From contig OY970355.1 in NCBI GenBank assembly GCA_963718525.1, forward strand, positions 608,001 to 672,000: 64,000 bases of DNA. Direction: 5' to 3'. The position numbers and the translations under genes were made by a program. Below the pieces are notes generated by a model, which was not told the origin of the DNA, ran no database searches, and saw only the letters and a program-made list of their open reading frames with translations. The DNA comes from Candidatus Dormiibacterota bacterium. Its GTDB lineage: Bacteria; Chloroflexota; Dormibacteria; Aeolococcales; Aeolococcaceae. Positions 10,350 to 20,040 of this stretch are shown here, one piece after another (positions within the stretch are counted from its first letter, which is position 1; each line of letters opens with the position of its first letter).

Positions 10350-10735
10350 TCCTGCGCGTCGACGCGTCGACCGCGGTCCCGCCCTACGAACAGATTCGCA
10401 GCCAGCTCGCAACGATCATCGCCACTGGGGTGCTACCTGCTGGTCAGCGACTTCCGTCAATCCGCCAACTAGCCGCCGACCTCGGACTTGCCGGCGGGAC
10501 TGTCGCGCGAGCGTTTCGTGAGCTGGAGCAGGGTGGCTTCATCATCTCGCGTGGAAGGCATGGGACGTTCGTATCCGATCGGGTGCGTGCCGGTGATCCT
10601 GACCGCGAACGAGCTCTCCTCGAGGCGGCCGGTGTGTTCGCGTCGCAAGCCGTCCAGGCGGGACTGGATCCGCGGCGAGTGCTCGACCGGGCACTCGAAG
10701 CGCTCACATCCAGCGCGGTGTTCGAACCGACATGA
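10346..10735 (+). CDS. GntR family (YtrA subfamily) transcriptional regulator
   Basis: PPYEQIRSQL..LPSIRQLAADLGLAGGTVARAFRELEQGG..GRHGTFV with a short C-terminal domain. Confidence 0.93.
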   Translation: MILRVDASTAVPPYEQIRSQLATIIATGVLPAGQRLPSIRQLAADLGLAGGTVARAFRELEQGGFIISRGRHGTFVSDRVRAGDPDRERALLEAAGVFASQAVQAGLDPRRVLDRALEALTSSAVFEPT

Positions 10736-11139
10736 GACCGCGGATCGCGGGCTCGACACTCCGCTGCCGTTTACGCTCGTAGTTCTCACGGGCCGTCAAG
10801 CGAGCGGTTATCCAGCGCCGGGTGTCGAGCAGCCGCCTGACTCCGCGCGTGATCCACGAGGGAGCGTCACGGAGAGTTGAACACATCGATCTCGCGACAC
10901 GAAGTGCAGTGCGTGCGTGCTCCATGCGGCACCCAGCTGTGAATGACCGCGACGTCACATGCGTGCATGGTCCGCTACTACGTGTGGCTGATCGTCAGCG
11001 TGGACAAGCCACTTTGTCGCTAGCTTGACCGCAACTCGTCTATGGCACCGAGCCGGCAGCTCGACACGCTGACGCGCCGATATAGCTCCTAGCGCATCGA
11101 GTCACCGAGACCGGTGCTAGGTTGGGCTAGGATCGCGCG

Positions 11140-13248
11140 TTATTCAACGCTTCCGAAAGCCTTGATCTCCTCAAGTTCTTGCGGCGACAGCTCGCGCGGC
11201 TGGTCGCCTCTCGCCACCTTCTCGGTCTGGACCTGGTGGCGGATACTCTCCACGATCTCGGGATTCGCCAGCGTGGTCACGTCCCCAACATCGGTGAAGT
11301 TTGAGATCGACGCGATCACCCGCCGCATGATCTTTCCGGATCTGGTCTTGGGCATGTCGGGAACGATCCACACATTGTGCGGACGCGCGATCTTCCCGAT
11401 CTCACGGTCGATCGCTTCGACGATCTTTTTCTTGATCTCGTCGCTCGGTTGCACACCGGGCTTCAGTGCGACATACATTTCCACGGCGCGACCGCGAAGC
11501 TCGTCGATGACCGGGACCGCAGCTGCCTCGGCAATCTCGTCGACCGTCAGGCACGCCAACTCGAGTTCCTTGGTTCCCAACCGATGTCCAGCTACGTTGA
11601 TCACGTCGTCGACACGGCCAAGGATCCGAATGTAGCCATCCGGTGCCTGGACGGCGCCGTCACCCGCGAGGTAAGGCCAGTCTCGCCAGTCCTTGCTCTC
11701 CGGGTCCCGGTTGTACTTCCTGAAGTAGGTATCCACAAACCGCTCGGGTTGACCCCAGATAGTCTGAAAGATGCCCGGCCACGGGTTGCGGATGCAGATG
11801 TTTCCTGCTCGACCGCTACCTGGCTCGATGACGTTGCGGTTCTCGTCGTAGATGACCGGATAGATGCCGAGGACGCCTGGGCCGCAGCTGCCTGGTTTCA
11901 TCTGGTCGAGCGCGGGAAGCGTGCTTCCCAGGAATCCGCCATTCTCCGTCTGCCACCACGTGTCGACGATGACCGCCTCGCCCTTGCCGACGACGCGGTG
12001 ATACCAGCGCCAGACCTCCGGTTCGATAGGCTCGCCGACCGTCGTCATGTGTTTGAAGTGGTAGTCGTACTTGGCTGGCTCATCTGGCCCGAACTTGCGC
12101 AGCATCCGGATAGTGGTGGGAGCGGTGTGGAAGATATTCACGCCGAGACGCTCGGCAATCCTCCACGGCCGACCGGCATCCGGGTAGAGCGGCACACCCT
12201 CATACATCACGCTGGTCGTCCCGAGCGACAGGGGGCCGTACACAATGTAGGAGTGCCCGGTGATCCACCCGATGTCCGCAAAGCACCAATACGTGTCTTC
12301 AGGATGGATGTCCTGATAGTACTTTGACGTACCGGTGACATACGAGAGGTAGCCACCGGTGCTGTGGACACAGCCCTTCGGCCGCCCGGTCGTACCGCTC
12401 GTGTACATCATGAAGAGCGGCGCTTCGGCCGGCATCGATACGGGCGCGACGGTTTTTCCCGCGTAGTCCTTTATCAGATCGTCGACGAAGAAGTCGCGAC
12501 CTTCGACCATGGGAGTCTTCGAGCTGTACTTGCCTGGGTGACGCCGCCACACAAGTACCTTCTCCACCTCGACACCCTGCTCGCGAGCCACCGCTACCGC
12601 CTCATCGGCCTTGGCCTTGTGGTCGATGAGTTCGCCGTTTCTGTAGTACCCATCCATGGTCACCAGGATGCGGCTCTCGCAGTCGGCCATCCGGCCGCCA
12701 CAGGCGGTCCCACTGAAACCGCCGAACACCTGGTTGTGGATCACGCCCAGCCGCGCGCAGGCGAGCATTGAAACCGGGAGATCCGGAACCATCGGCATGT
12801 GAAAGGTGACGCGGTCACCGACCTCGACGCCACCGAAACCGCGCAGGAGCGCGGCAAACTCGTTGACCCGTTTGTAGAGCTCCTGATAGGTGATCGCCTG
12901 GGTCTCCTCGGCTTCTGGCTCTGGGACCCATATGAGCGCTGCTTTGTTGCGGGATTTCGCAAGGTGCCGATCGACACAGTTGACGCTCGCATTGAGCCGC
13001 CCCCCAACGAACCACTTCCAAAACGGCGGATTGCTCGTGTCCAGAGTGGTGTGCCAGTACTTATCCCAAGTGAGCAGGTCCGCATACTCCTTGAAACACT
13101 CGGGGAAGTTCTCCTCGCGAAATCGCTCACGGATGCTGGGGTCGCTGGCATTCGCCTGTCCGATGAACTTCGCGGGCGGGGCGAAATAATCCTCCTCGCG
13201 CCAGTGCACTGCGATCTGCGCTTCGTTGACCTGCACTTCAACTGCCAT
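11140..13248 (-). CDS. acs: Acetate--CoA ligase (acetyl-CoA synthetase)
   Basis: YTSGTTGRPKG, DTWWQTENGG, GRVDDVINVAGHRLG, PKTRSGKIMRR. Confidence 0.96.
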   Translation of the reverse strand: MAVEVQVNEAQIAVHWREEDYFAPPAKFIGQANASDPSIRERFREENFPECFKEYADLLTWDKYWHTTLDTSNPPFWKWFVGGRLNASVNCVDRHLAKSRNKAALIWVPEPEAEETQAITYQELYKRVNEFAALLRGFGGVEVGDRVTFHMPMVPDLPVSMLACARLGVIHNQVFGGFSGTACGGRMADCESRILVTMDGYYRNGELIDHKAKADEAVAVAREQGVEVEKVLVWRRHPGKYSSKTPMVEGRDFFVDDLIKDYAGKTVAPVSMPAEAPLFMMYTSGTTGRPKGCVHSTGGYLSYVTGTSKYYQDIHPEDTYWCFADIGWITGHSYIVYGPLSLGTTSVMYEGVPLYPDAGRPWRIAERLGVNIFHTAPTTIRMLRKFGPDEPAKYDYHFKHMTTVGEPIEPEVWRWYHRVVGKGEAVIVDTWWQTENGGFLGSTLPALDQMKPGSCGPGVLGIYPVIYDENRNVIEPGSGRAGNICIRNPWPGIFQTIWGQPERFVDTYFRKYNRDPESKDWRDWPYLAGDGAVQAPDGYIRILGRVDDVINVAGHRLGTKELELACLTVDEIAEAAAVPVIDELRGRAVEMYVALKPGVQPSDEIKKKIVEAIDREIGKIARPHNVWIVPDMPKTRSGKIMRRVIASISNFTDVGDVTTLANPEIVESIRHQVQTEKVARGDQPRELSPQELEEIKAFGSVE

Positions 13249-13310
13249 TTGGTCGACCTCCGAGTTGCCGCTGGACTCGTCGCTCTGTCCCGAGGGTGAA
13301 TCGCCCCACT

Positions 13311-13604
13311 TTAGCCGTCTCCAAGCAGCCTTGCAGAGACGGCGAACTCCCGAAGCTCAGCCGCCATCGCAGCCTGAGACGTCAGTGCCCGGAGGTCACC
13401 TCGCGCCAGAGAGACTTCGCAGAGGCCACGCATAAGGTGGAGCGCCTGCAGGGCCCTGGTGGGTAGCGTTTCAAAGGGTGCTGTCTCGGTTTCTACCCGT
13501 AGCCGGGCGACCTCGAACGCAAACGCCTCATTAGGAGCGACAGCCTCTAACTGCACCAGCCGTACGGACAACTCGCCGATGATGTACTGCTCAGTCACCG
13601 CCAC
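13311..13604 (-). CDS. Hypothetical protein upstream of acs
   Basis: TEQYIIGELSVRLVQLE..ELREFAVSARLL; helical and coding-like; GGGAG SD. Start uncertain. Confidence 0.6.
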   Translation of the reverse strand: MAVTEQYIIGELSVRLVQLEAVAPNEAFAFEVARLRVETETAPFETLPTRALQALHLMRGLCEVSLARGDLRALTSQAAMAAELREFAVSARLLGDG

Positions 13605-13726
13605 CCACAGCTGGCTCCCCGGTATGAACGTCTCCCGGCGGCCGGTCCCGTTCGGGTCGCTCCATGGTGCTCCGTGACGCACGGAGGGTCAAGCTGGCGC
13701 CCGCGATCGCCGAGTCCTGGAGCGGG

Positions 13727-14077
13727 TCAGCAGGTGATGTGCAGGATCGCGTTCGTGGCGTTGGCATCCTTTGCGAGCAGCGCGATCGCCTGCTTGGTCG
13801 GCACCATCACCAACTCGATCTCGCGGCGACGCGCTTCGGCTTGGACCGTCTCCATCACTGGCAGGGCACCCGCGGCGCCGGTGCCGATCACCAGCCGGCT
13901 GCAGCCCCAGGGAATGAGTTCCTCAGCTGACAACGGCGTGTGTCCGTACGCGTCTCGGTGACGCTTTGAAGGACCCTTGCGACGCTTGCGCACCACGCCA
14001 CGATCGATGACCACATCCTGGGTGTACGTTCGGCCGTCGATCTCGATCGCGCCAAAGAAAAAGTGTTCGATTCGCAT
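13727..14077 (-). CDS. Mth938-like (DUF498) domain protein
   Basis: FGAIEIDGRTYTQDVVI..LVIGTGAAGAL..PTKQAI..AILHITC. Confidence 0.88.
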   Translation of the reverse strand: MRIEHFFFGAIEIDGRTYTQDVVIDRGVVRKRRKGPSKRHRDAYGHTPLSAEELIPWGCSRLVIGTGAAGALPVMETVQAEARRREIELVMVPTKQAIALLAKDANATNAILHITC

Positions 14078-14161
14078 GGTCGTGCCTCGATCTCAGGATA
14101 AGCGTTGGGACTGACGATCACCAGATTGGCTGAACGCGCTGAGATCGTCGTCGACCCACGC

Positions 14162-14470
14162 ATGGGCAATGCTCCAACCGCGTCGCGTCGCTTCTTCAAG
14201 CTAGTCGGCCTCCTGGCGCTGGACACCCAGACGCTCCCCCGACGGTTCGTGATAAGCGAGCAATACGAGGTAGGCGAAACCCTTGCCGCCATCGGTGCGC
14301 GGTCGGTCTCACCCGCGAACGCGTCCGCCAGCTCGTAAAGGCGTCCGCCGCCCCCATGCCCTGGGGTTACAAGTGCGCGGTCAAAGCCCGCAATACGTCG
14401 CCGCGAACACCGAATCGCTATTGCCATGAACATCAGCGGCGGAAGGTGGACCGCATGCTCAGACCGCTCG
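14162..14470 (+). pseudogene. Frameshifted remnant: sigma-70 region 4-like HTH plus Cys/His zinc motif
   Basis: GETLAAIGAR, frameshift near 14302, then GLTRERVRQLVK followed by YKCAVKARNT..RYCHEHQRR. Confidence 0.5.
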
Positions 14471-14647
14471 ATTTGAGGCTTGGCATCAACCGACAACGGC
14501 AGCGTGGCTATACGAACCCGACTCCACCAAAGTCAGGACACCCCAAGCTCTCCACGAAACCAGGGGCGGATCATTCAGCCCACTTGTGTCACCTGCTCGG
14601 AGCGCCTATGATCCGTGGCCGTCGGGTTCGGATCGGAGGAGGTTGGT

Positions 14648-14890
14648 ATGCCGCAGTTCATGGACTTTCACGACAACCTGAAGCTGCCGCAAGAAGCGAT
14701 CGACGACATTGCAGCGGGTGCCCGCGCCGGCACGACCGACCAGTTCGGTGTCCGGCAGGTCGAGCTGTACCACAACTCCGACGGGAAGGTGTACTGCCTC
14801 CTGGACGCACCCGACGCGCAAGCGGTGCGCGATCACCACGCTGCCTTGGGGGTGGACTGCGGGGAAGTCCACCCCGTGACCGGCATGTAA
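14648..14890 (+). CDS. SCO4226-family nickel-binding protein (DUF4242)
   Basis: MPQFMDFH..GKVYCLLDAPDAQAVRDHH..CGEVHPV; SD GGAGG. Confidence 0.85.
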   Translation: MPQFMDFHDNLKLPQEAIDDIAAGARAGTTDQFGVRQVELYHNSDGKVYCLLDAPDAQAVRDHHAALGVDCGEVHPVTGM

Positions 14891-15026
14891 CCCGCAATCG
14901 CGCCCCGAATATTGGAGCGGGCAGCGGTTGCGCTCGCAGCGCCGGAGTTGACGACTTTCATACTCCCGCGCCTTCTTGGCTTAGGGAGCCACATTGCGCA
15001 GGTTGGCCCAGCGCGCGTCGAGCCGG

Positions 15027-16406
15027 TTAGTGCGCCTGCAGCGGCTCGAAGCGCGCGGTGAAGTGGCGCAGGGCGGGCGGCTCCTCGACGATCCGGTATC
15101 CAGGAAGGTCTCTAGCGTGCGTTGCCACCTCGCGGCACACGGCAATGACGTAGTCGATATGGCTCTGCGTATACGTGCGTCGCGGGATCGCCAGTCGGAC
15201 CAGATCCATATCCGCGGGCCGCTCTGAGCCGTCAGGCTGTCGACCGAACATCACCGTACCGATCTCACAGCTTCGGATCCCGCCCGTCTCATAGAGGGCG
15301 AGCGCCAAGGCCTGGCCCGGGTATTGGAGTGGTTTGATATGCGGCAACATCCCACGGGCGTCGACGTAGATCGCGTGTCCCCCAGGCGGCTGAACGATCG
15401 GGACGCCGAGGCCGGTCAACGCTTCGCCGAGATACGCCGTCGAGCGGATGCGATAGCGCAAGTAGTCGTGCTGAACCACTTCACGCAGACCTTGGGCGAT
15501 CGCCTCCAGGTCACGCCCCGCCAGACCGCCGTAGGTTGGGAAACCCTCAGTAAGAATGAGTAGGTTGCGACACTGCGCCGCGAGGTCATCGTCGTTCATC
15601 GCGAGCCAGCCGCCGATGTTGGCGAGCCCATCCTTCTTGGCGCTCATGGTCATACCGTCCACGAGCCCAGACATCTCGCGCACGATATCGCGCACTTCCC
15701 GCTCCCGCTGATCCGGCTCTCGCTCGCGGATGAACCACGCATTCTCCGCGAACCGGCACGCATCGAGGAACAGCGGAACCCCGTAGCGGTCGCACACTTG
15801 TCGAACGGCACGCAGATTCGCCAAAGAGACGGGCTGGCCGCCGCCTGAGTTGTTCGTGATAGTGATGAACACAACTGGGACCGAGCCGTCGTGAGACTGT
15901 AGGAACTCGTCGAGCCGGTCGACATCCATGTTGCCCTTGAAGGGATGCTGTGCTGAAGGATCGTGCCCTTCTGGAATGAGCAAGTCCACCGCTTCCGCAC
16001 CAGTGAACTCGACGTTGGCACGAGTGGTATCGAAGTGCGTGTTGTTCGGCACGCTCTTGCCCGGTCCGCCGATGGCGGTGAAGAGGATCTTTTCCGCCGC
16101 CCTGCCCTGGTGCGTCGGGATGACGTGCTTGAACGGGAAGAGATCCTGGACCGCTTCGAGGAAACGAAACCATGACGGGGAGCCCGCATAGCTCTCGTCG
16201 CCGTGCTGAATGGCCGCCCACTGATCCCGTGACATCGCGCCGGTACCGGAGTCGGTGAGCAGGTCGATGAGAACGTCATCGGAATGCAATGCGAACAAGT
16301 TGTACCCGGCGACGACCACGGCCCGCTGACGTTCCTCCCGCGTCGTCATACGCAGCGGCTCAACGGAATGGATGCGGAAGGGCTCGATGATGGTTTGCAG
16401 TTGCAT
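15027..16406 (-). CDS. tnaA: Tryptophanase (PLP-dependent beta-eliminating lyase)
   Basis: IEPFRI, DLLTDSGTGAMS, THQGRAAE, FDTTRAN, SAKKD (PLP Lys) and LRHFTARF (His variant typical of tryptophanase rather than tyrosine phenol-lyase). Confidence 0.9.
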   Translation of the reverse strand: MQLQTIIEPFRIHSVEPLRMTTREERQRAVVVAGYNLFALHSDDVLIDLLTDSGTGAMSRDQWAAIQHGDESYAGSPSWFRFLEAVQDLFPFKHVIPTHQGRAAEKILFTAIGGPGKSVPNNTHFDTTRANVEFTGAEAVDLLIPEGHDPSAQHPFKGNMDVDRLDEFLQSHDGSVPVVFITITNNSGGGQPVSLANLRAVRQVCDRYGVPLFLDACRFAENAWFIREREPDQREREVRDIVREMSGLVDGMTMSAKKDGLANIGGWLAMNDDDLAAQCRNLLILTEGFPTYGGLAGRDLEAIAQGLREVVQHDYLRYRIRSTAYLGEALTGLGVPIVQPPGGHAIYVDARGMLPHIKPLQYPGQALALALYETGGIRSCEIGTVMFGRQPDGSERPADMDLVRLAIPRRTYTQSHIDYVIAVCREVATHARDLPGYRIVEEPPALRHFTARFEPLQAH

Positions 16407-16497
16407 GGGCGGCATCATGCGCGCCGACGAGACTGGCTGGCTAGCTGGGACGCCGAACGGCAGTGGATCACCAGGCCGTACCATCGCCGGCGAGCGG

Positions 16498-16992
16498 ATG
16501 AGGACCTACCGGGAGATGATCCGCCAGCTGGACAGCCAGGCGACACCAGCCCCCGTCGGTGTCGGCGGCCATCGGCATCCGCCAGATCCTGACCGTCCTC
16601 GAGGCCACTGACGGCGCAAAGGCTTCCTTCATAGATAGCTTGGTGGAACTCGACCGCACGACGACGCCGCCTCCGTGGAGCTCGGACACCTGGTGCTCGG
16701 CATGGAGCTCGATGCCGAGCTTCGGTCATCGCTCGGAATCGCCACTCCCAGGGACGGCGACTGTCAGCTCATCGCCGTGGCGCGGGTGGCGCTGCCGCGG
16801 GCACGCGAGTTACTCGCTTTCGCCGCGGCGATTGTCTCGCAGCACGCGCACCGAGACGGCTCTCTCGGACGACAGGGAGCGGCGGTCATCGCGGCAGCGG
16901 TGTCCACATCGACCAGCATCGCGCCGGCGAGGGAAGTGGGACAGACACCGTCTGAGGGTGCGTTTGAAGTTATCCGAGGTGACACGACTTAA
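16498..16992 (+). pseudogene. Possible doubly frameshifted hypothetical gene
   Basis: Protein-like segments pass across three frames (MRTYREMIRQLD / IGIRQILTVLEATDG / ELGHLVLGMELDAEL). Confidence 0.3.
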
Positions 16993-17107
16993 CGACCGGT
17001 CGACGACGCCGATGTCCTTACCCGATGTCGCCGGATCACTGGCTCGGAAGCGAGCTCTGTCGAGCACCTCGTCGGCTGTGAACGCCGAGCAACACTTGCC
17101 GTCAGCG

Positions 17108-18097
17108 TCAGGCTGTGTCGACCGCGACCGCGACCACGACCTTTCCCCGGGCGTGCCCGCTTTCGACGTAGCGGATGGCCTCGGCGGTATCGCTCAATGA
17201 ATAAGTCCGGTCGACGACCGGCGTGACGCTCCCGGCTTCGATCATTTCTTTCAGGATTTGCAGGTCTGCGCTGCTTGCCTTCGCGACAAGCGCAGGCATT
17301 CTCTGGCTGACGAATGGCGAGAGCATGAGGGCTTTAATGATCCGATCGACGGGGCCGATGACGCGGCCCGGGGAGTCGCCGCTGCTGAGCACGAGCGTGC
17401 CTTTCGGAGTCAGAACCCGGCGCAAGGAACCCGGCGACGCGGTTCCCCCGAGTTGAAAAATCAGGTCATATCGTTGGCTGCTTCGCGTGTAGTCCTCGCG
17501 GGTGTAGTCGACGACGTGGTCGGCCCCGATCGAGCGGACCAGATCCAGGTTCGCGGTGCTGCACACACCGGTCACCTCCGCGCCGTACCACTTCGCGAGC
17601 TGAACGGCGAACGTCCCGACTCCTCCCGAGGCACCGACGATCATGACCTTCTGGCCTGCGCGGATCTTCCCGGCATCGCGCAGACCCTGGAGGGCGGTTA
17701 CCCCGGCCAGTGGGACAGCGGCAGCTTGTTCAAAGCTCAGATTGCTGGGCTTCAGCGCCAGGAGTCGCTCGGGAGCCGAAACGTATTCGGCGAAGGTGCC
17801 CGCGCCGACCTGACCGAAAACCTCGTCGCCCCGTCGGAAACGTGTCACCCCATCCCCCACCGCCTCAACGTCGCCGGCCACGTCGGTGCCGGGAACGGTC
17901 TGCTTCGGTTTCCGCACTCCGGTCGCCATCAGGCGGGCGATGTACGGCACGCCCCGCATGAAGTGCCAGTCGTAGGGGTTCGCGGAGGCCGCGCGAACCC
18001 GCACGAGGACGTTGTCGCCCGCGACGCCAGGTTTGGGAACGTCCCTGAGCTCGAGGACATCGGCCGAGCCGTACTGCTTGTATGTGATCGCCTTCAT
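17108..18097 (-). CDS. NAD(P)-dependent MDR oxidoreductase (zinc-independent, quinone reductase-like)
   Basis: MKAI..VRAASANPYD..GASGGVGTFAVQLAK..GHARGKVV. Confidence 0.93.
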   Translation of the reverse strand: MKAITYKQYGSADVLELRDVPKPGVAGDNVLVRVRAASANPYDWHFMRGVPYIARLMATGVRKPKQTVPGTDVAGDVEAVGDGVTRFRRGDEVFGQVGAGTFAEYVSAPERLLALKPSNLSFEQAAAVPLAGVTALQGLRDAGKIRAGQKVMIVGASGGVGTFAVQLAKWYGAEVTGVCSTANLDLVRSIGADHVVDYTREDYTRSSQRYDLIFQLGGTASPGSLRRVLTPKGTLVLSSGDSPGRVIGPVDRIIKALMLSPFVSQRMPALVAKASSADLQILKEMIEAGSVTPVVDRTYSLSDTAEAIRYVESGHARGKVVVAVAVDTA

Positions 18098-18127
18098 TCT
18101 GCTTTCTCCTCCAGTTCCCGCCAGCCT

Positions 18128-18180
18128 GGTGTACGGCGTACACCTGAGCCCATGGTAGGTGTACGCCGTACACTTGTCAA
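18128..18180. promoter_or_regulatory. Two TetR operators and the MDR gene promoter
   Basis: Palindromes GGTGTACG-G-CGTACACC (18128-18144) and GGTGTACG-C-CGTACACT (18158-18174). On the minus strand, TTGACA-17 bp-TACCAT, with the second operator filling the spacer. Confidence 0.85.
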
Positions 18181-18183
18181 GGC

Positions 18184-18879
18184 ATGGCGGACAAGTTCAA
18201 GGCACGGCGCAGGGCGTTTCTAAACCGCGACCGGGTGCTGCGCGCCGCGGTCAATCTTGCGGACACCGACGGCATCGAAGCACTGAGCATGCGCAGGCTC
18301 GCCGACGATCTGGGCGTGGTACCGATGGCGCTCTACAAACACGTGGCCAATAAGGAAGAACTCCTTGACGGGATGATCAACGTCGTCGTCTCCGAGATCG
18401 ATCCTCCCGACCGGGACACGGACTGGAAGAGCGCAGTGCGGAAGAGGATCCTGTCGGCTCGGGAGGCGCTGCTACGTCATCCGTGGGCGTCACGGGTGCT
18501 CGAAGCGCGGACCACCCCAACACCCGATGTGCTGGCCTACATGGATTCGATGATCGCGCTCTTTACGGAGAACGGCTTCTCCATCAGCCTCACGCACCAT
18601 CTGATGCACGCCATCGGCAGCCGGGTGTTGGGTTTCACGCAGGAGCTGTTCAACGACTCACGCAGTGGGGCGCCACAACTGCCTGAGACGGTGCTGCACG
18701 AGATGGCCCGGACATACCCGAACGTCGCGGCGATAGCCGGGGCAGCCTCGCATGACGACGAAACCGTAGTGGGCCCTGGTTGCGACGATCAGTTCGAGTT
18801 CGAGTTCTCCCTGGATCTACTCCTCGACGGTTTCGAGAGACTCCGCCAGGCGGAATGGACGGCAACGAAGCACGGGTAA
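18184..18879 (+). CDS. TetR family transcriptional regulator (TetR_C type)
   Basis: LNRDRVLRAAV..LSMRRLADDLGVVPMALYKHVANKEELL; FEFSLDLLLDG. Confidence 0.95.
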   Translation: MADKFKARRRAFLNRDRVLRAAVNLADTDGIEALSMRRLADDLGVVPMALYKHVANKEELLDGMINVVVSEIDPPDRDTDWKSAVRKRILSAREALLRHPWASRVLEARTTPTPDVLAYMDSMIALFTENGFSISLTHHLMHAIGSRVLGFTQELFNDSRSGAPQLPETVLHEMARTYPNVAAIAGAASHDDETVVGPGCDDQFEFEFSLDLLLDGFERLRQAEWTATKHG

Positions 18880-18894
18880 CCGCGATGGAAAAGG

Positions 18895-19824
18895 TCAGCG
18901 CCGAGGTTTGGTTTGACCGTCCAGAGCTCTTGCCGCTGAGGTCAGCCTTCGAGAATGTCCAATCAAACCCAGCACGCGCTGTTGCACCGGCCGAGCGGGA
19001 AGCGCGCGCAGGATGCGCAGGGAGACCTCCTCGACCGAGCCGATGCCGTCGATCTCCGCGACCAGCCCTTGCTTGCGGTAGTGGTCGAGCACCGGCAACG
19101 TCTGCTCCAGGTAGACCGCAATACGACGCTGGGCGGTCTCCGGCCGGTCGTCCTCGCGCACGATGAGTTCCCTGCCATCCGCCACGCAGCTCAACGGTCG
19201 GGGTTGGTCCGGCTCGAACCCGTAGCTTCGTCCGCAGCCCGGGCAGGTCAACCTGGTCGTGACACGCCGGATCAGCTCAGCCTCGGGCACGTTCAGGTAC
19301 AGGACGCGGTCGAAGTCAGTCGCCATCGACGCCGCCAGCGCATCGAGCGCTCGGGCTTGCGGCACGGTGCGGGGGAAGCCGTCGAATAGGAAGCCGTCCC
19401 GGCGGTCGCTCCCCATTAGGCGCTCCCTGATGATGTCGATCATCAGCGCGTCCGGAACCAAGTCGCCGCGCTGCATGTAGGCTTGGACGCGCAGCCCCAG
19501 CTCGGTCCGCTCAGCCAGCTCGGCGCGCAGGATGTTCCCCGTCGCGATCGCGGGAATGTCGAGCCGCGAGGCTAAAAGGTCTGCCTGCGTCCCCTTACCA
19601 CTGGCCGGCGCCCCGAGGAGCAGGAGATTCAGCCGTGGACTGTCTCCGCGGACAAATGGTCGTGCTCGCTCCATCGGCAAGTCGAATTCAGTGGCACGAA
19701 TACCGGTATTGGGGAGTCCGGGCGCATGGGGGCTGAGGGCGGCTTCGACGACCAACGGGGCTGGGCTCGGTCGTTCCTCGACGATGATTGCCGGCTTCAC
19801 CCGGTGCACGACGGCAGCTTTCAT
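18895..19824 (-). CDS. adk: Adenylate kinase with an ADH-like N-terminal extension
   Basis: GAPASGKGT P-loop, GDLVPD, FDGFPRT, zinc LID (CPGC..CVAD), REDD; SD GAGGAG before ATG 19824. Confidence 0.9.
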   Translation of the reverse strand: MKAAVVHRVKPAIIVEERPSPAPLVVEAALSPHAPGLPNTGIRATEFDLPMERARPFVRGDSPRLNLLLLGAPASGKGTQADLLASRLDIPAIATGNILRAELAERTELGLRVQAYMQRGDLVPDALMIDIIRERLMGSDRRDGFLFDGFPRTVPQARALDALAASMATDFDRVLYLNVPEAELIRRVTTRLTCPGCGRSYGFEPDQPRPLSCVADGRELIVREDDRPETAQRRIAVYLEQTLPVLDHYRKQGLVAEIDGIGSVEEVSLRILRALPARPVQQRVLGLIGHSRRLTSAARALDGQTKPRR

Positions 19825-20040
19825 GGGGCAACTCCTCGCGAATCAGTTGGCATCGGCCCGGTTGGACGGATCCCAGTAAACGCTTGTGGCCCTGACCGGA
19901 CCAGGGCCGTTGGTCACGTGACTGGCGCCGAAGGTCCTGCTGTATGCGGCGCTTCCAAAGAGCGTCCATCGCTGCGTTCGGCACGTCCGTCACGCCAGCA
20001 ACGCCGGCACTCCGCGCTGGTCAGCCAACTCGAGGAGGCT

